From positions 1 to 64,000 of the forward strand of contig JANPLN010000054.1 in NCBI GenBank assembly GCA_031426555.1: DNA of 64,000 nucleotides. The letters run 5' to 3'. How positions within the stretch are numbered: the first letter of the stretch is position 1; each line of letters starts with the position of its first letter. The notes beneath the pieces are model-generated. The model saw only the letters and a list, made by a program, of their open reading frames with translations. It was not told the DNA's origin and made no database searches. Positions 1 to 9,517 of this stretch are shown here, one piece after another. This DNA is from Bdellovibrionales bacterium. Its GTDB lineage: Bacteria > Bdellovibrionota > Bdellovibrionia > Bdellovibrionales > JAGQZY01. The translations under genes were made by a program, and so were the position numbers.

Positions 1-16
1 TCCGATCGTTGATATC

Positions 17-2557
17 TTACTGGGTCAGTAGCTCACGCGCACTAAATTGGAGCCCACGGCGAATGCCAAAAAAGATAAGCAGGGGACTCAAAAGAGCAAC
101 AAAAACAAGAATCAGAAGAGGAACCTGCCAGTTGAAGGACCATGAGCCATCGAATAAAAAGTAAGAAAATATATACGACCCTAAAAGACTTAATAACCCC
201 CCAGCGAGTGCAGCCGTCACAGAAATGATCGTAAACTGTAAAATAAAACAAAGAGTGATCTGTGAGTGCGGCGTGCCCAGGGCCTTTAACAAGCCAATGT
301 CCCATTCGCGCGATCGAATTTGGTCATTCGCTAGAGCCAGTAGAACCGTCAGTCCGACTAAAATACAAAACGCAGACATCACCTGCAACGCCCATCCCAT
401 TTGCTCAACAAGAGTCATTAATTTTTTTATCAGACGATCCACATCAATCAAAGAGACGTTGGGCATTTTTTGCACAATACTTTTTTGCATGGAAATTTTT
501 TGCTCTAAAGGAAGTTTTGGAATCGTTGCTAAGAATGTTTTTGGGGCGTCTTCGAGACTTCCTGGCTGAAAAAGTACAAAAAAGTTAGGCTGAAAAGAGG
601 TCCAGTTGACTTTGCGAAAGCTGGTGATCTTTCCAAGTATTGGGGTTTCTTGAATATCAAAGGTTAATATATCTCCCATTTTTAACTTCAAACGTTGAGC
701 AAAACGGATTTCCAAAGAAATTTCGGCAATGCTGTCGGTTTTGCTGCTGTCAAAAGTGTTTGGCAAAGGGGCGCCCGCCACCAATGTTTCGGAGCTGTCC
801 AGCTCCTCGCGATAAGAGAGATTAAAACCACGGTTGCGAAAACTGGCCTCCTGCTCTTCTTCGCGCGAGGTGCCCTTGGCCGAAGCCCCCTCTCCTTTAC
901 TAAAAGGAAGACCGTTCACCTCGATAAGGCGGGCGCGAATCAAAGGGGAGATGTTGTTAAGCGCAATTTCTTCTTTTTTTAAGAGAGCACGCAACTCTTC
1001 CACCTGTTCGCTTTGAATATCAAATAAAAACAAGCTTGGAATTTTCGAGCCGGCGGGGCGTTGGATCTCGGCTTCAATATTTGCTTTGATTTGTGGGATT
1101 ATGTTGACCAAAAAGACCCCGAGAGCCAAGGACAAAAAACCCGTCACAGTGACCATTCTCAGCCGCGTAATATCGCGCAGGGCCCAACGCAGTGGGATCC
1201 ATTTTATCAAATCGATTTTACCTAAAATCGGCAGCAGGCCATAGGCCAAAGAGTAAAGCACCAATCCTGCGCCAACGAAGCTGGCAAAAAATAGACTGCC
1301 ATTTTTAAAGGAGTGCATTTGCCGAATACTTAAAAAATAAAAAAGCAAAAAAGAAGGAATAAAAGTCATGTATTGCAGCCATGTCCATTGCATTTTTTGC
1401 CACTGAGCCCCCCGCAGAAGTTGGTTGGGATTGGTTCTGTACAGCCTGATCAGATGCGGCAGTATTAAAAACAGCCCTCCAAAAAGTCCCAATGCCAGCG
1501 ACAGCCCCAGCGATTGAAAGTTCATCGTGGGTCGAATCGCAAACGGCGCCACAGACTGACTGGCTTTCATAATCACTGGCAGAACAAGAGCCGCCACAGC
1601 CACTGAGATGATGGACCCAAAACCGATCAGAATAATAAATTGTACAAAATAAAAAAAGAGAGCTCGCTGGCGCGAAAAACCAACGGCATTAAGGATGGCG
1701 ATGCTCTTGGATTTTACTTGAATATACGTAGACAATAAAAATGTTAGGCCGATGCACGCGATAAACAATGCCGCCAGAGAGACAAGACCCAAAAAATCAG
1801 CCAAATAGTTTAGGAGTCGAGCTGTTTGCTCGCTCGCATTTTTATGGGTGTAGATTTGCACATCGGAGGACGGGATCTTTTTAAAGATTTGATCGCGCAG
1901 GTCTTCGAGGGCCATATCCTCCACATTGGGCAGTTTGTAAAGCCGTACATACGAAGCGAGAGTTCCTTCACGCAACAGATTGGTTTTTTGTAACGCCTCT
2001 CGACTCATGTAAATGCGTGGTGCCATGCCCGTGCTGATGCCACTGGCGGCGTCATCCTCGACGACCGCAGCGATCCGAAACTCCTTATCGCCAATCTTAA
2101 GTGTGTCGCCGATGGCCGCGTTTAAGAGAGTGAGGATTTCTGGATAGACCCAAAGGGATGTCCCATCCTCGAGGTCATTGGTTTTTTTTATGGGGCTCGT
2201 GAGCACGTGTCCATAGTAGGGAAAGGACATGTCGATGGCTTTGATTTGCACAAGCGAAGAAACAGAGTTTTTGGACACCATGGAGAACATTTCGATGATA
2301 TTTGTTGCTTGCTTGGACGCAGGAAGAACCGCTTCGACCGTCTCCCATTCCTGGGCTTTGAGCAAACGTCGTGACGAAACCCCCAGATCGGCTCCGAGAA
2401 CCTGTCGCGATTGCGCGCTGACTGTGGCATCCACAGAGGTTTTTAAAAACTCGAGGGCCACGAAGCTGGTCAGTCCCAGGGATAAATTGAGTAGAAACAA
2501 AAAAACAAAGCGCTTGGAGTGCAACAGCTCAGAAAAAACAAAGCGAAAAAAGCTCAA
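17..2557 (-). CDS. ABC transporter permease, FtsX/MacB-type (YbbP-like)
   Basis: 846 aa with two membrane blocks and large periplasmic loops. Carries 'VNWTSFQPNFF' and 'IGLLKALG' motifs typical of YbbP, and overlaps the upstream ATPase by 4 nt. Confidence 0.85.
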   Translation of the reverse strand: MSFFRFVFSELLHSKRFVFLFLLNLSLGLTSFVALEFLKTSVDATVSAQSRQVLGADLGVSSRRLLKAQEWETVEAVLPASKQATNIIEMFSMVSKNSVSSLVQIKAIDMSFPYYGHVLTSPIKKTNDLEDGTSLWVYPEILTLLNAAIGDTLKIGDKEFRIAAVVEDDAASGISTGMAPRIYMSREALQKTNLLREGTLASYVRLYKLPNVEDMALEDLRDQIFKKIPSSDVQIYTHKNASEQTARLLNYLADFLGLVSLAALFIACIGLTFLLSTYIQVKSKSIAILNAVGFSRQRALFFYFVQFIILIGFGSIISVAVAALVLPVIMKASQSVAPFAIRPTMNFQSLGLSLALGLFGGLFLILPHLIRLYRTNPNQLLRGAQWQKMQWTWLQYMTFIPSFLLFYFLSIRQMHSFKNGSLFFASFVGAGLVLYSLAYGLLPILGKIDLIKWIPLRWALRDITRLRMVTVTGFLSLALGVFLVNIIPQIKANIEAEIQRPAGSKIPSLFLFDIQSEQVEELRALLKKEEIALNNISPLIRARLIEVNGLPFSKGEGASAKGTSREEEQEASFRNRGFNLSYREELDSSETLVAGAPLPNTFDSSKTDSIAEISLEIRFAQRLKLKMGDILTFDIQETPILGKITSFRKVNWTSFQPNFFVLFQPGSLEDAPKTFLATIPKLPLEQKISMQKSIVQKMPNVSLIDVDRLIKKLMTLVEQMGWALQVMSAFCILVGLTVLLALANDQIRSREWDIGLLKALGTPHSQITLCFILQFTIISVTAALAGGLLSLLGSYIFSYFLFDGSWSFNWQVPLLILVFVALLSPLLIFFGIRRGLQFSARELLTQ

Positions 2558-3213
2558 ACGATTTTCCCACCTTTCAGGTGGAGTGTTTTTTTACAGCGGC
2601 GGGCGAGGCCATTGTCATGAGTTACAAGAATCAGGGTCGATTGGGCCTGATCACAGAGCCGAAATAGTAAATCCATCACCATCTCACCATTTTTTAAATC
2701 AAGGCTGCCGGACGGCTCATCGGCAAGGATGATTTGCGGCCCATGCACCATGGCCCGCGCAATGGCGACTCGCTGGTTTTCACCACCGCTCATCTGCGAA
2801 GGCAAATGACGAAGACGCTTCTCTAATCCCACTTGGACTAGTATATCACTGGCTTTTTCGCGGGCTTGAGAGACATGATTGATTTCGAGAGGCAGGAGCA
2901 CGTTTTCGAGAGCCGTGAGATGGGGCATCAGATGGTACTGCTGAAAAACAATTCCCATGTGAAGGGCTCGAAATTTTGTAAATTGGCTGTCGGGGAGAGC
3001 GCTGACAGTTGTGGCACCCAATTGAATGGTGCCGGATTCACAGGTTTCTAATCCCGCAAGCAAAGATAAAAGCGTGGTTTTACCACTGCCAGACTGACCA
3101 ATCACCGCGAGAGATTCGCCGGAGTTCACCTGAAAACTCACATCCTGGAGCGCCGTAATGCGTTCGTTGCCTTGATTGTAATACTTGGTAACCGCTTCGA
3201 ATTGAATATTCAT
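2554..3213 (-). CDS. ABC transporter ATP-binding protein (YbbA/LolD-like)
   Basis: Walker A GQSGSGKT, signature MSGGE, Walker B ILADEP, H-loop VTHD. Confidence 0.95.
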   Translation of the reverse strand: MNIQFEAVTKYYNQGNERITALQDVSFQVNSGESLAVIGQSGSGKTTLLSLLAGLETCESGTIQLGATTVSALPDSQFTKFRALHMGIVFQQYHLMPHLTALENVLLPLEINHVSQAREKASDILVQVGLEKRLRHLPSQMSGGENQRVAIARAMVHGPQIILADEPSGSLDLKNGEMVMDLLFRLCDQAQSTLILVTHDNGLARRCKKTLHLKGGKIV

Positions 3214-3836
3214 TTTTGAACTTTATCGATTATTTTTTTTAAAACGGGGAGAAGTTTGTCGGCAATGACCTTGTAGCCAGAACTGTTCGGATGAATTCCA
3301 TCGGGAAGATTTAAATTTTTGTTCATGGCGACGCCATCGAGCAAAAAAGGCACAAAATCAATATTGTTGCTTTTTGCAAGCTCAGAAAAAACAGCTTCGT
3401 ACTTTTGGCGATAGTCGTTCCCGTAGTTCATTGGAATGCGCATGCCCGCTAAAACCACATGAACTTTGTTCGCGTGTGCAAGGTCAATGGCCTTTTGGAG
3501 ATTTTTTTTCATCGCATCGGTGTTCAAGCCGCGAAGTCCATCATTGGCACCGAGAGCCAGGAATAACAAATGGGGCTTGTTTTTTAATTGCCACTGGAGT
3601 CGCGATTCGGCACTGGCCGAAGTGGATCCACTCACTCCGGCGTTAATAATGCGAACTCTTGGGTAAAAGCGCTGCAAACGCTGCTGCAGGAGAGCCGGGT
3701 AGGCGTCCTCTTTAGGGAGACCATAGCCCTCGGTCAGCGAATCCCCCAGAGCAACGATCACAAAAGCCGAAGGATCGTCTTGCGCGAAAACCAGTGGGGA
3801 GACTAGAAGTGACAGCGCCAAAAGCATTGAAGTCAT
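3210..3836 (-). CDS. tesA: SGNH/GDSL arylesterase (TesA-like), exported
   Basis: GDSLT, NAGVSG, GAND and DGIHP blocks. A signal peptide starts at ATG 3836 (the ORF is open to 3884). Linked to ybbA/ybbP-like genes. Confidence 0.85.
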   Translation of the reverse strand: MTSMLLALSLLVSPLVFAQDDPSAFVIVALGDSLTEGYGLPKEDAYPALLQQRLQRFYPRVRIINAGVSGSTSASAESRLQWQLKNKPHLLFLALGANDGLRGLNTDAMKKNLQKAIDLAHANKVHVVLAGMRIPMNYGNDYRQKYEAVFSELAKSNNIDFVPFLLDGVAMNKNLNLPDGIHPNSSGYKVIADKLLPVLKKIIDKVQK

Positions 3837-4246
3837 GGGGAAGAATATAAACTTTTCCCCCTCAAACAGCAACAGCAACAGCAATCCAGCCCTTAATTAT
3901 GCCAGCAACCTTACTTTACAAGTATTTTCTCGGCATTACGGAGAGTTCTTAAAGACATTTTCGCAGGAGAACGATGAATTTTACTTCGCAAATACTTTTG
4001 AATGATTTGATATTTTAAACTTTCCTGTGAATCATGATGGAACACCTAGTTGTAAGCATTAAAGCCCCCTTAACAACAAAGTAGAATTACCTAGACTTAG
4101 GAACGAGACAATTCTAATTAGAAGTTAAAGGGAGACAGTTCTATATAGATTTATCAAAAGAATACGAGCACTTACACGTTTCTTATAAGTTCTATTATGT
4201 TACATTGAGGGTTTACGGGTTTTACGGTGGGTCTTTATCTTGTGTT

Positions 4247-4275
4247 AAAAAAGGCCACGCTCTTCAGCGCGACCT
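4247..4275 (-). terminator. Rho-independent terminator of the 4296-4673 gene
   Basis: Minus strand reads AGGTCGCGCT-GAAG-AGCGTGGCCT followed by a T run, about 20 nt after the stop. Confidence 0.75.
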
Positions 4276-4295
4276 CTATCATTCGAATCAATTAA

Positions 4296-4673
4296 TTAAT
4301 GCTTAGTTACAGATGCGCCTGTTGAGCCTAAATTTTCTGTAATCCACTTGGAAACTTGCGGAACAAAAACCCCTGCGCCTTTGTCAAACAGTGAACGACC
4401 AGGTTTTGTATAAAACAATGCCCAGCCTGCAACAGCAACCGCTGCGGCAATGGCTGCAGTTTCTTTTGGATTTTCTGCCACGTAATCTTTTGCAGATTTA
4501 AAATAGCTATTTACTTTCGTCATTACTTCGTCGATTCGCTCTTGCGTATCTTTTGCAAGGCTGTCTCCGATCACTGCGCCAATTGATTTTTGTTCGCTTT
4601 CGCTGGAACTATCAGATGCACCTTTAGATTTATTGCTGCTTTGACTTCGTGATTGATTATTCTGATTTTGCAT
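4296..4673 (-). CDS. Small membrane-anchored protein, ElaB/YqjD (DUF883)-like
   Basis: Low-complexity N-terminus, a helical middle, then 'DYVAENP' followed by a hydrophobic helix, as in DUF883 C-termini. Confidence 0.5.
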   Translation of the reverse strand: MQNQNNQSRSQSSNKSKGASDSSSESEQKSIGAVIGDSLAKDTQERIDEVMTKVNSYFKSAKDYVAENPKETAAIAAAVAVAGWALFYTKPGRSLFDKGAGVFVPQVSKWITENLGSTGASVTKH

Positions 4674-4729
4674 TTGTGTTTTCCTTTGGTTTGAACTTTT
4701 TTAATGAGCTAACTTTATTGTCACTCCGA

Positions 4730-4756
4730 CTAGTTACACTAGTCACACTAGTTACA
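4730..4756. repeat. 9-bp tandem repeat x3 (CTAGTYACA)
   Basis: ctagttaca-ctagtcaca-ctagttaca read directly. Confidence 0.8.
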
Positions 4757-4761
4757 AAGTA

Positions 4762-4778
4762 AGCAAAAAGTAGTCCAA
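4762..4778 (-). promoter_or_regulatory. Possible sigma54 promoter
   Basis: Minus strand TTGGACTACTTTTTGCT has GG-N10-GC spacing and a TTGCT -12 box. The -24 box deviates from TGGCAC. Confidence 0.35.
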
Positions 4779-4914
4779 GGTCCATGCGGCAATTAAACGC
4801 ACAGAGAAAGCAAACCTCAACCTTCTGCTTGGGAGATTTCGTACGTTTCGGGGAATATATGACCATGGGAATTCGTCCATTGAAGATCCCCGAGCTTTCT
4901 GATTCAATCATGAA

Positions 4915-5745
4915 ATGCTGTGGCTGGTGCAAATCTATTTACTTGTTAGCTTTACTTCCGTAGCCGCTGCAAAACCCAGCAAAAAAGCATTTCAAAGTCG
5001 CTCCATGGGACATCTTTTAACCAGCAACAATCATGTGTTGCAAAAAAATCAATGGGGCCTAGGTACAATGTATGCAGCCTATGGAATCTCCGAGCATTGG
5101 ACCGTGGCTACGAGTCCCTTTGTGCTTGTTGATTTTAATATGTTCAATCTACAAAGTCGCGCTGTGTGGCAGCTCACCGAAAAAAGCCGCTTTGGAATTG
5201 ATCTGGGATATTATAAATCCATCGATCCCGAAAAAAGCGAATTCTATGATTATTGCGTGGCCAACTCCCCCACCATTCCTGTCGAACAATGCACAGCCGC
5301 GATTGAGCGCCGGGTGGGGTTTAAAAAATTTAAAATGGAAGCGTGGACAATTAAAGCGACCTACTCCAAGTTGATGACCCCACGCTATCGTTTTAGTTCA
5401 TCGCTCTCTTACTTTTACTATCGCGACGACGAGCGGCCGTTTTCATTTCGCATGGACCCGGCGAACAATGACAAATATTCCTTGGCACTCACCACCCTGC
5501 ATGAACTCAAAGTGGCAAATAAAGGTTATCTCAATTTAGAGGCTGGGTTATGGGGTCTCAATTATCAGCATCCTTATTATCATGTAGGCCTCACTTACAG
5601 TTATCAAACCGAAAAGTGGGTGTTTGGTGTGGGCGCATCGAGTACGTTCAATCCTGAGTTTCCCAAACAAAAAGTCCGCAAGTTTGTTTATTATGACAGT
5701 CGGTGGTCGCTCCACCCCGAACTCCAGATTCAAAGGTTTTTTTAG
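4915..5745 (+). CDS. Putative outer-membrane beta-barrel protein
   Basis: Signal peptide, alternating aromatic beta-strands, C-terminal 'LQIQRFF' beta-signal. Confidence 0.55.
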   Translation: MLWLVQIYLLVSFTSVAAAKPSKKAFQSRSMGHLLTSNNHVLQKNQWGLGTMYAAYGISEHWTVATSPFVLVDFNMFNLQSRAVWQLTEKSRFGIDLGYYKSIDPEKSEFYDYCVANSPTIPVEQCTAAIERRVGFKKFKMEAWTIKATYSKLMTPRYRFSSSLSYFYYRDDERPFSFRMDPANNDKYSLALTTLHELKVANKGYLNLEAGLWGLNYQHPYYHVGLTYSYQTEKWVFGVGASSTFNPEFPKQKVRKFVYYDSRWSLHPELQIQRFF

Positions 5746-5835
5746 ATGAAAGTCCAGGTCGAATGTTTTTAGAACTGGACCCTCCCTCTCTAAACACATA
5801 ATCTTATAGAGAAAATAAAAAAAGGAGATACCACC

Positions 5836-6636
5836 ATGATTTTACAACGTATTTTTATTCTTTCGTTTCTCACTCTGACCCTCGCCAACTGTAGCCACAA
5901 GCCGGCAGTTGTTGAGGAGCCTGTGAGCCCGCAACCATCGGCAAGTCCTCAGGAGCCGCAACCTTCTCCGAGTTTTCCATGGGGCTACGAGGGCGAAAAG
6001 GGTGCTGACAACTGGGCGAGCCTTAATCCAGCAAATAACCTGTGTGCCATAGGCAAAAGACAATCACCGATCAATTTAGCTTGGAGAAAGCCCAATAAAA
6101 AAGCGGCGCGCATGGATTTTAGCTATACACCTGCCAATGCCGTTGCAGATTTAAGCACTCCAGTGCCAACACTCAAGTTTAATGGCGCCAACCAGCTTCT
6201 GCTGAACGGCAAGGTTTTTAATCTGGAGCGCATCGAGTTTCACTCGCCAAGTGAACACCAATTAAGCAAAAATACCATGAGCATGGAGATTCAGTTTATC
6301 CACAAAGCCGTCAGCGGCGAAGCCATGGCGGCACTTTCAGTTTTTGCCATTGAGGGCCGTGAAAACGGTTTGCTAACTGAGGTTCTGGCTCAGTTTGCCG
6401 CACCCAATCCTGCGGGAATGAACTTTGATGCCGCCTTGTTGATCCCCCCACAAAAGACGCACTACCAGTATCAGGGGTCTTTAACCTCGCCACCCTGCAC
6501 TGAAAACGTGGAATGGCTCGTGTTCAACACACCTACGGAGATTTCTAAAGAGCAAATCATGGCCTTCCGCTCTAAATTTGCAGCAAACAATCGACCCGCA
6601 CAGCCGGTTAATGGTAGAAAGATTTCGAACTTTTAA
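5836..6636 (+). CDS. Alpha-carbonic anhydrase family lipoprotein (Zn ligands degenerate)
   Basis: Lipobox LANC; WGYEG, RQSPIN, PSEH, GSLTSPPCTE and NNRPAQP motifs; AAGGAG RBS. Confidence 0.9.
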   Translation: MILQRIFILSFLTLTLANCSHKPAVVEEPVSPQPSASPQEPQPSPSFPWGYEGEKGADNWASLNPANNLCAIGKRQSPINLAWRKPNKKAARMDFSYTPANAVADLSTPVPTLKFNGANQLLLNGKVFNLERIEFHSPSEHQLSKNTMSMEIQFIHKAVSGEAMAALSVFAIEGRENGLLTEVLAQFAAPNPAGMNFDAALLIPPQKTHYQYQGSLTSPPCTENVEWLVFNTPTEISKEQIMAFRSKFAANNRPAQPVNGRKISNF

Positions 6637-6639
6637 TCG

Positions 6640-6675
6640 GGCCGAAAAAATTGGGCAACAAATTGGCCGACAAAT
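6640..6675. repeat. Imperfect ~12-bp tandem repeat x3 in a short intergenic gap
   Basis: ggccgaaaaaat / tgggcaacaaat / tggccgacaaat. Confidence 0.5.
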
Positions 6676-6691
6676 TTGCTGAGGTGTTAGT

Positions 6692-7486
6692 ATGGCTGTC
6701 TCGACGATGTTTGAAAAAATGTGGAAGGACTACACGGATCTGAATCCGAATGTTCTCAATGTCCACAAAGTATTTACCGATCGCAACGAGGCAGTCGTCA
6801 ACGATCACGTGGCCTTTCGCACCTACAACGATCCGCGCATTGGCCTTAAGCACTACTCGCAATTTTTTCTAAAAAACGGCTACAGCAAAAAAGGCGAGTA
6901 TCATTTTAAGGTCAAAAAACTCTACGCCGAGCACTTTGAGCACGCCGACCCAGCAAATCCTAAAATTTTTATCAGCGAGCTGTTAACCGAACAGCTCAGC
7001 GCAACTGCGCAAAAAATCATCAGCGGACTGATTTCGCAAATGGATTTTAAAAAAACCACGGCTGATGAATTTTGCATCAGCGGGCGCCCGTGGAGTGTGT
7101 CGTTTCAGGAGTATGAAACTCTTCTGAGCGAAAGTGAATACGCAGCTTGGATGGCGGCCTTTGGTTTTCGCGTCAACCATTTTACGGTCCTCGTTAATTC
7201 TCTAAAAACCTTTAACAGCCTCAACGAAGTGAACACCGCCATTAAAACGGCGGGGCTCCCCCTCAACACTAGCGGTGGCGAAATCAAGGGGTCTGAGGAA
7301 ATCGGGCTTGCCCAATCGTCAACGCTTGCCACCCCCGTATCGGTGAGCTTCAGCGATGGTCAGTTTAAAATTCCTGGATGTTATTATGAATTCGCCCATC
7401 GCTTCCCGGTGAACGGAAAACTGTACAATGGATTTGTGGAACAATCCGCCGACAAAATTTTCGAAAGTACAAACGTCAGAAAGTAG
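6692..7486 (+). CDS. DUF1338 family protein (2-oxoadipate dioxygenase/decarboxylase HglS/YdcJ-like)
   Basis: NDHVAFRT, FISEL, ESEYAAW, NHFT and YYEFA motifs, giving a His/His/Glu metal triad. Confidence 0.85.
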   Translation: MAVSTMFEKMWKDYTDLNPNVLNVHKVFTDRNEAVVNDHVAFRTYNDPRIGLKHYSQFFLKNGYSKKGEYHFKVKKLYAEHFEHADPANPKIFISELLTEQLSATAQKIISGLISQMDFKKTTADEFCISGRPWSVSFQEYETLLSESEYAAWMAAFGFRVNHFTVLVNSLKTFNSLNEVNTAIKTAGLPLNTSGGEIKGSEEIGLAQSSTLATPVSVSFSDGQFKIPGCYYEFAHRFPVNGKLYNGFVEQSADKIFESTNVRK

Positions 7487-7489
7487 AAC

Positions 7490-8464
7490 ATGCTAGCTCG
7501 TCCGCGCCGCAACCGACAAAATAAAGCTCTTCGAAACCTCGTGCGAGAAAATGGGCTCACTCCCCACGATCTCATCTACCCGATTTTTATTGTGGATGGA
7601 AAAAACCAAAAACAACCTGTATCGGCTCTTCCGGGACAGTTTCGCTACTCGATTGATGAATTATTGAAGGTTTGCAAAGACGTGCACGACCTCGACATTC
7701 CAGGAGTTGTGCTGTTTCCAAAAATCGACGACACATTAAAAGATAGTAACGCCAGCGAAGCCCTTAACAAAACGGGTTTAGTCCCCAGAGCGGTCCGCGC
7801 CATTAAAAAAGAATTTCCAGATTTGGTGGTTTTTACCGACATCGCTTTGGATCCCTTTTCCAGCGAAGGCCACGATGGACTGGTCAAAGATGGAGAAGTC
7901 CTCAATGACGAAACCCTGGCCGTGCTCAGCGAGATGGCGGTGGTGCATGCCGAAGCCGGTGCTGATTTTGTGGCACCCTCTGACATGATGGACGGCCGCG
8001 TGCGCAACATTCGGCAGACCCTCGACAAAAATAATTTTAAAAACGTTGGTATCCTTTCCTACACCGCCAAATATGCCTCAAGCTTTTATGGACCCTTTCG
8101 CTCCGCTCTCGACTCTGCCCCGCGCGCCGGTGATAAAAAAACCTACCAGATGGATCCGGCAAACTCCCGCGAAGCCCTGCGCGAACTCAAACTCGACATC
8201 GCTGAGGGCGCCGATATTGTGATGGTGAAGCCGGCTCTCCCCTACCTCGACATTATTCATCTATTTAAACAACACAGCACGCTTCCGATTGCGGCCTACA
8301 ATGTGAGTGGCGAGTATGCCATGATTAAAGCTGCGGGAGAAAAGGCTTGGATCGACGAAAAACTGGCTCGCGACGAGGCTCTCCTCAGCATCAAACGCGC
8401 AGGCGCCGATATTATTTTTAGTTACTTCGCCTTGGAATTTGCTCGGGATTATCAAAAAAAATAA
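7490..8464 (+). CDS. hemB: Porphobilinogen synthase (ALA dehydratase), Asp-rich non-Zn type
   Basis: RPRRNR, DIALDPFSSEGHDG, APSDMMDGRV, FYGPFR, MVKPA and AYNVSGEY motifs. Confidence 0.98.
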   Translation: MLARPRRNRQNKALRNLVRENGLTPHDLIYPIFIVDGKNQKQPVSALPGQFRYSIDELLKVCKDVHDLDIPGVVLFPKIDDTLKDSNASEALNKTGLVPRAVRAIKKEFPDLVVFTDIALDPFSSEGHDGLVKDGEVLNDETLAVLSEMAVVHAEAGADFVAPSDMMDGRVRNIRQTLDKNNFKNVGILSYTAKYASSFYGPFRSALDSAPRAGDKKTYQMDPANSREALRELKLDIAEGADIVMVKPALPYLDIIHLFKQHSTLPIAAYNVSGEYAMIKAAGEKAWIDEKLARDEALLSIKRAGADIIFSYFALEFARDYQKK

Positions 8465-8483
8465 AGATCGAAAAAAATAAACA

Positions 8484-8831
8484 TCAAAAGAACGATTTTA
8501 TAAACTGCAAGAACCCCGAAAAAGTCGTCGGCCACCGCACCTCGATAAAAACCATCTCGCGCTTACAAAATGTGTTTTTATCGTCGCAGACAAAGACTTC
8601 AAGTTCCTGGGACCCCGAAGACGACATCCGACACGTCACAGCTGCTTCAGAAATCGAAATTAATTTTCCATTTGCGCAGCTGTTTGGGCTCTTTAAATTA
8701 AAGTGATGGCCGGGAAGTGGTAAGAGGACAAGATCCTGATCCCAACCGACCACGGATGGCACGGGCAAAAGCAAACCGGCCGCAGCTGGCGGTTGTGCAT
8801 GCAAAAATGCAATGATTATAAAAAAGATCAA
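8484..8831 (-). CDS. Hypothetical exported protein, Cys-containing
   Basis: Hydrophobic N-terminus, 'GHHFN..P' and 'FVCDDKNTFC'. Last gene of the operon, with a 4-nt overlap. Confidence 0.6.
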   Translation of the reverse strand: MIFFIIIAFLHAQPPAAAGLLLPVPSVVGWDQDLVLLPLPGHHFNLKSPNSCANGKLISISEAAVTCRMSSSGSQELEVFVCDDKNTFCKREMVFIEVRWPTTFSGFLQFIKSFF

Positions 8832-9511
8832 TTAAACAACACCACTTCGTAACTCGATAAGGCTTTGTCATTCTTAATTTGCCGTATCAAAAGTCGCATT
8901 CCTTTTTTAACACCGCCAGGTCGGCGGGAGGAGAAGGAAAAACCGGTTTCGGAGCACGGCATAGTTTCCTCTTCAAGGCTCAAGCCACGGCCGTCGTCAA
9001 ACACTTCGATCTCCATGGTGCTTCCCTCGGCGCATTGTCCATGGGCATAAACATCCGAAAAAATGCCATCGATGTTTTTCATTGTTGTCATATTCTGATT
9101 GATTTCGAGCTTTGCTTGAAAATCGCGATAACTCACGATCACCAGCGATTGCGCCAGTGTCTTCTTTTTATCCTCTTCGTGATAAATGCGTCCGCGAAAA
9201 ACATAGTCTTTTTTCTTTTCACGCTTTTCTTTCATCGTCTCTTTTGGCAATAAGTGCACGTAGGCCACTTTCCCATTTTGATCACAGGGCAAAGTTTTTA
9301 AGTCGTCTCCCACCTGAATGACCACCGACTTATATCCCTCGATGCACGAGATCGTCAGCGGAATTTGGAGATTGGCACCATCAATAATCACATCACCCGT
9401 GCGCAACCCAATTTTTCGTTCGTCACTGGCATCTTTACTGGCATTTTTTTTAAGCGCCGAAGAACATTGAACCATTAACAAACCAACCAAAAAATAAAGA
9501 CATTGTTTCAT
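8828..9511 (-). CDS. Hypothetical lipoprotein
   Basis: N-terminal 'LLMVQC' lipobox-like sequence, beta-rich, in operon. Confidence 0.65.
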   Translation of the reverse strand: MKQCLYFLVGLLMVQCSSALKKNASKDASDERKIGLRTGDVIIDGANLQIPLTISCIEGYKSVVIQVGDDLKTLPCDQNGKVAYVHLLPKETMKEKREKKKDYVFRGRIYHEEDKKKTLAQSLVIVSYRDFQAKLEINQNMTTMKNIDGIFSDVYAHGQCAEGSTMEIEVFDDGRGLSLEEETMPCSETGFSFSSRRPGGVKKGMRLLIRQIKNDKALSSYEVVLFN

Positions 9512-9517
9512 ATTTAC

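Noticed and set aside
3974..4018. 14-codon ORF MNFTSQILLNDLIF after AGGAG
   Set aside because: It is too short, the SD spacing is tight, and nothing else supports it.
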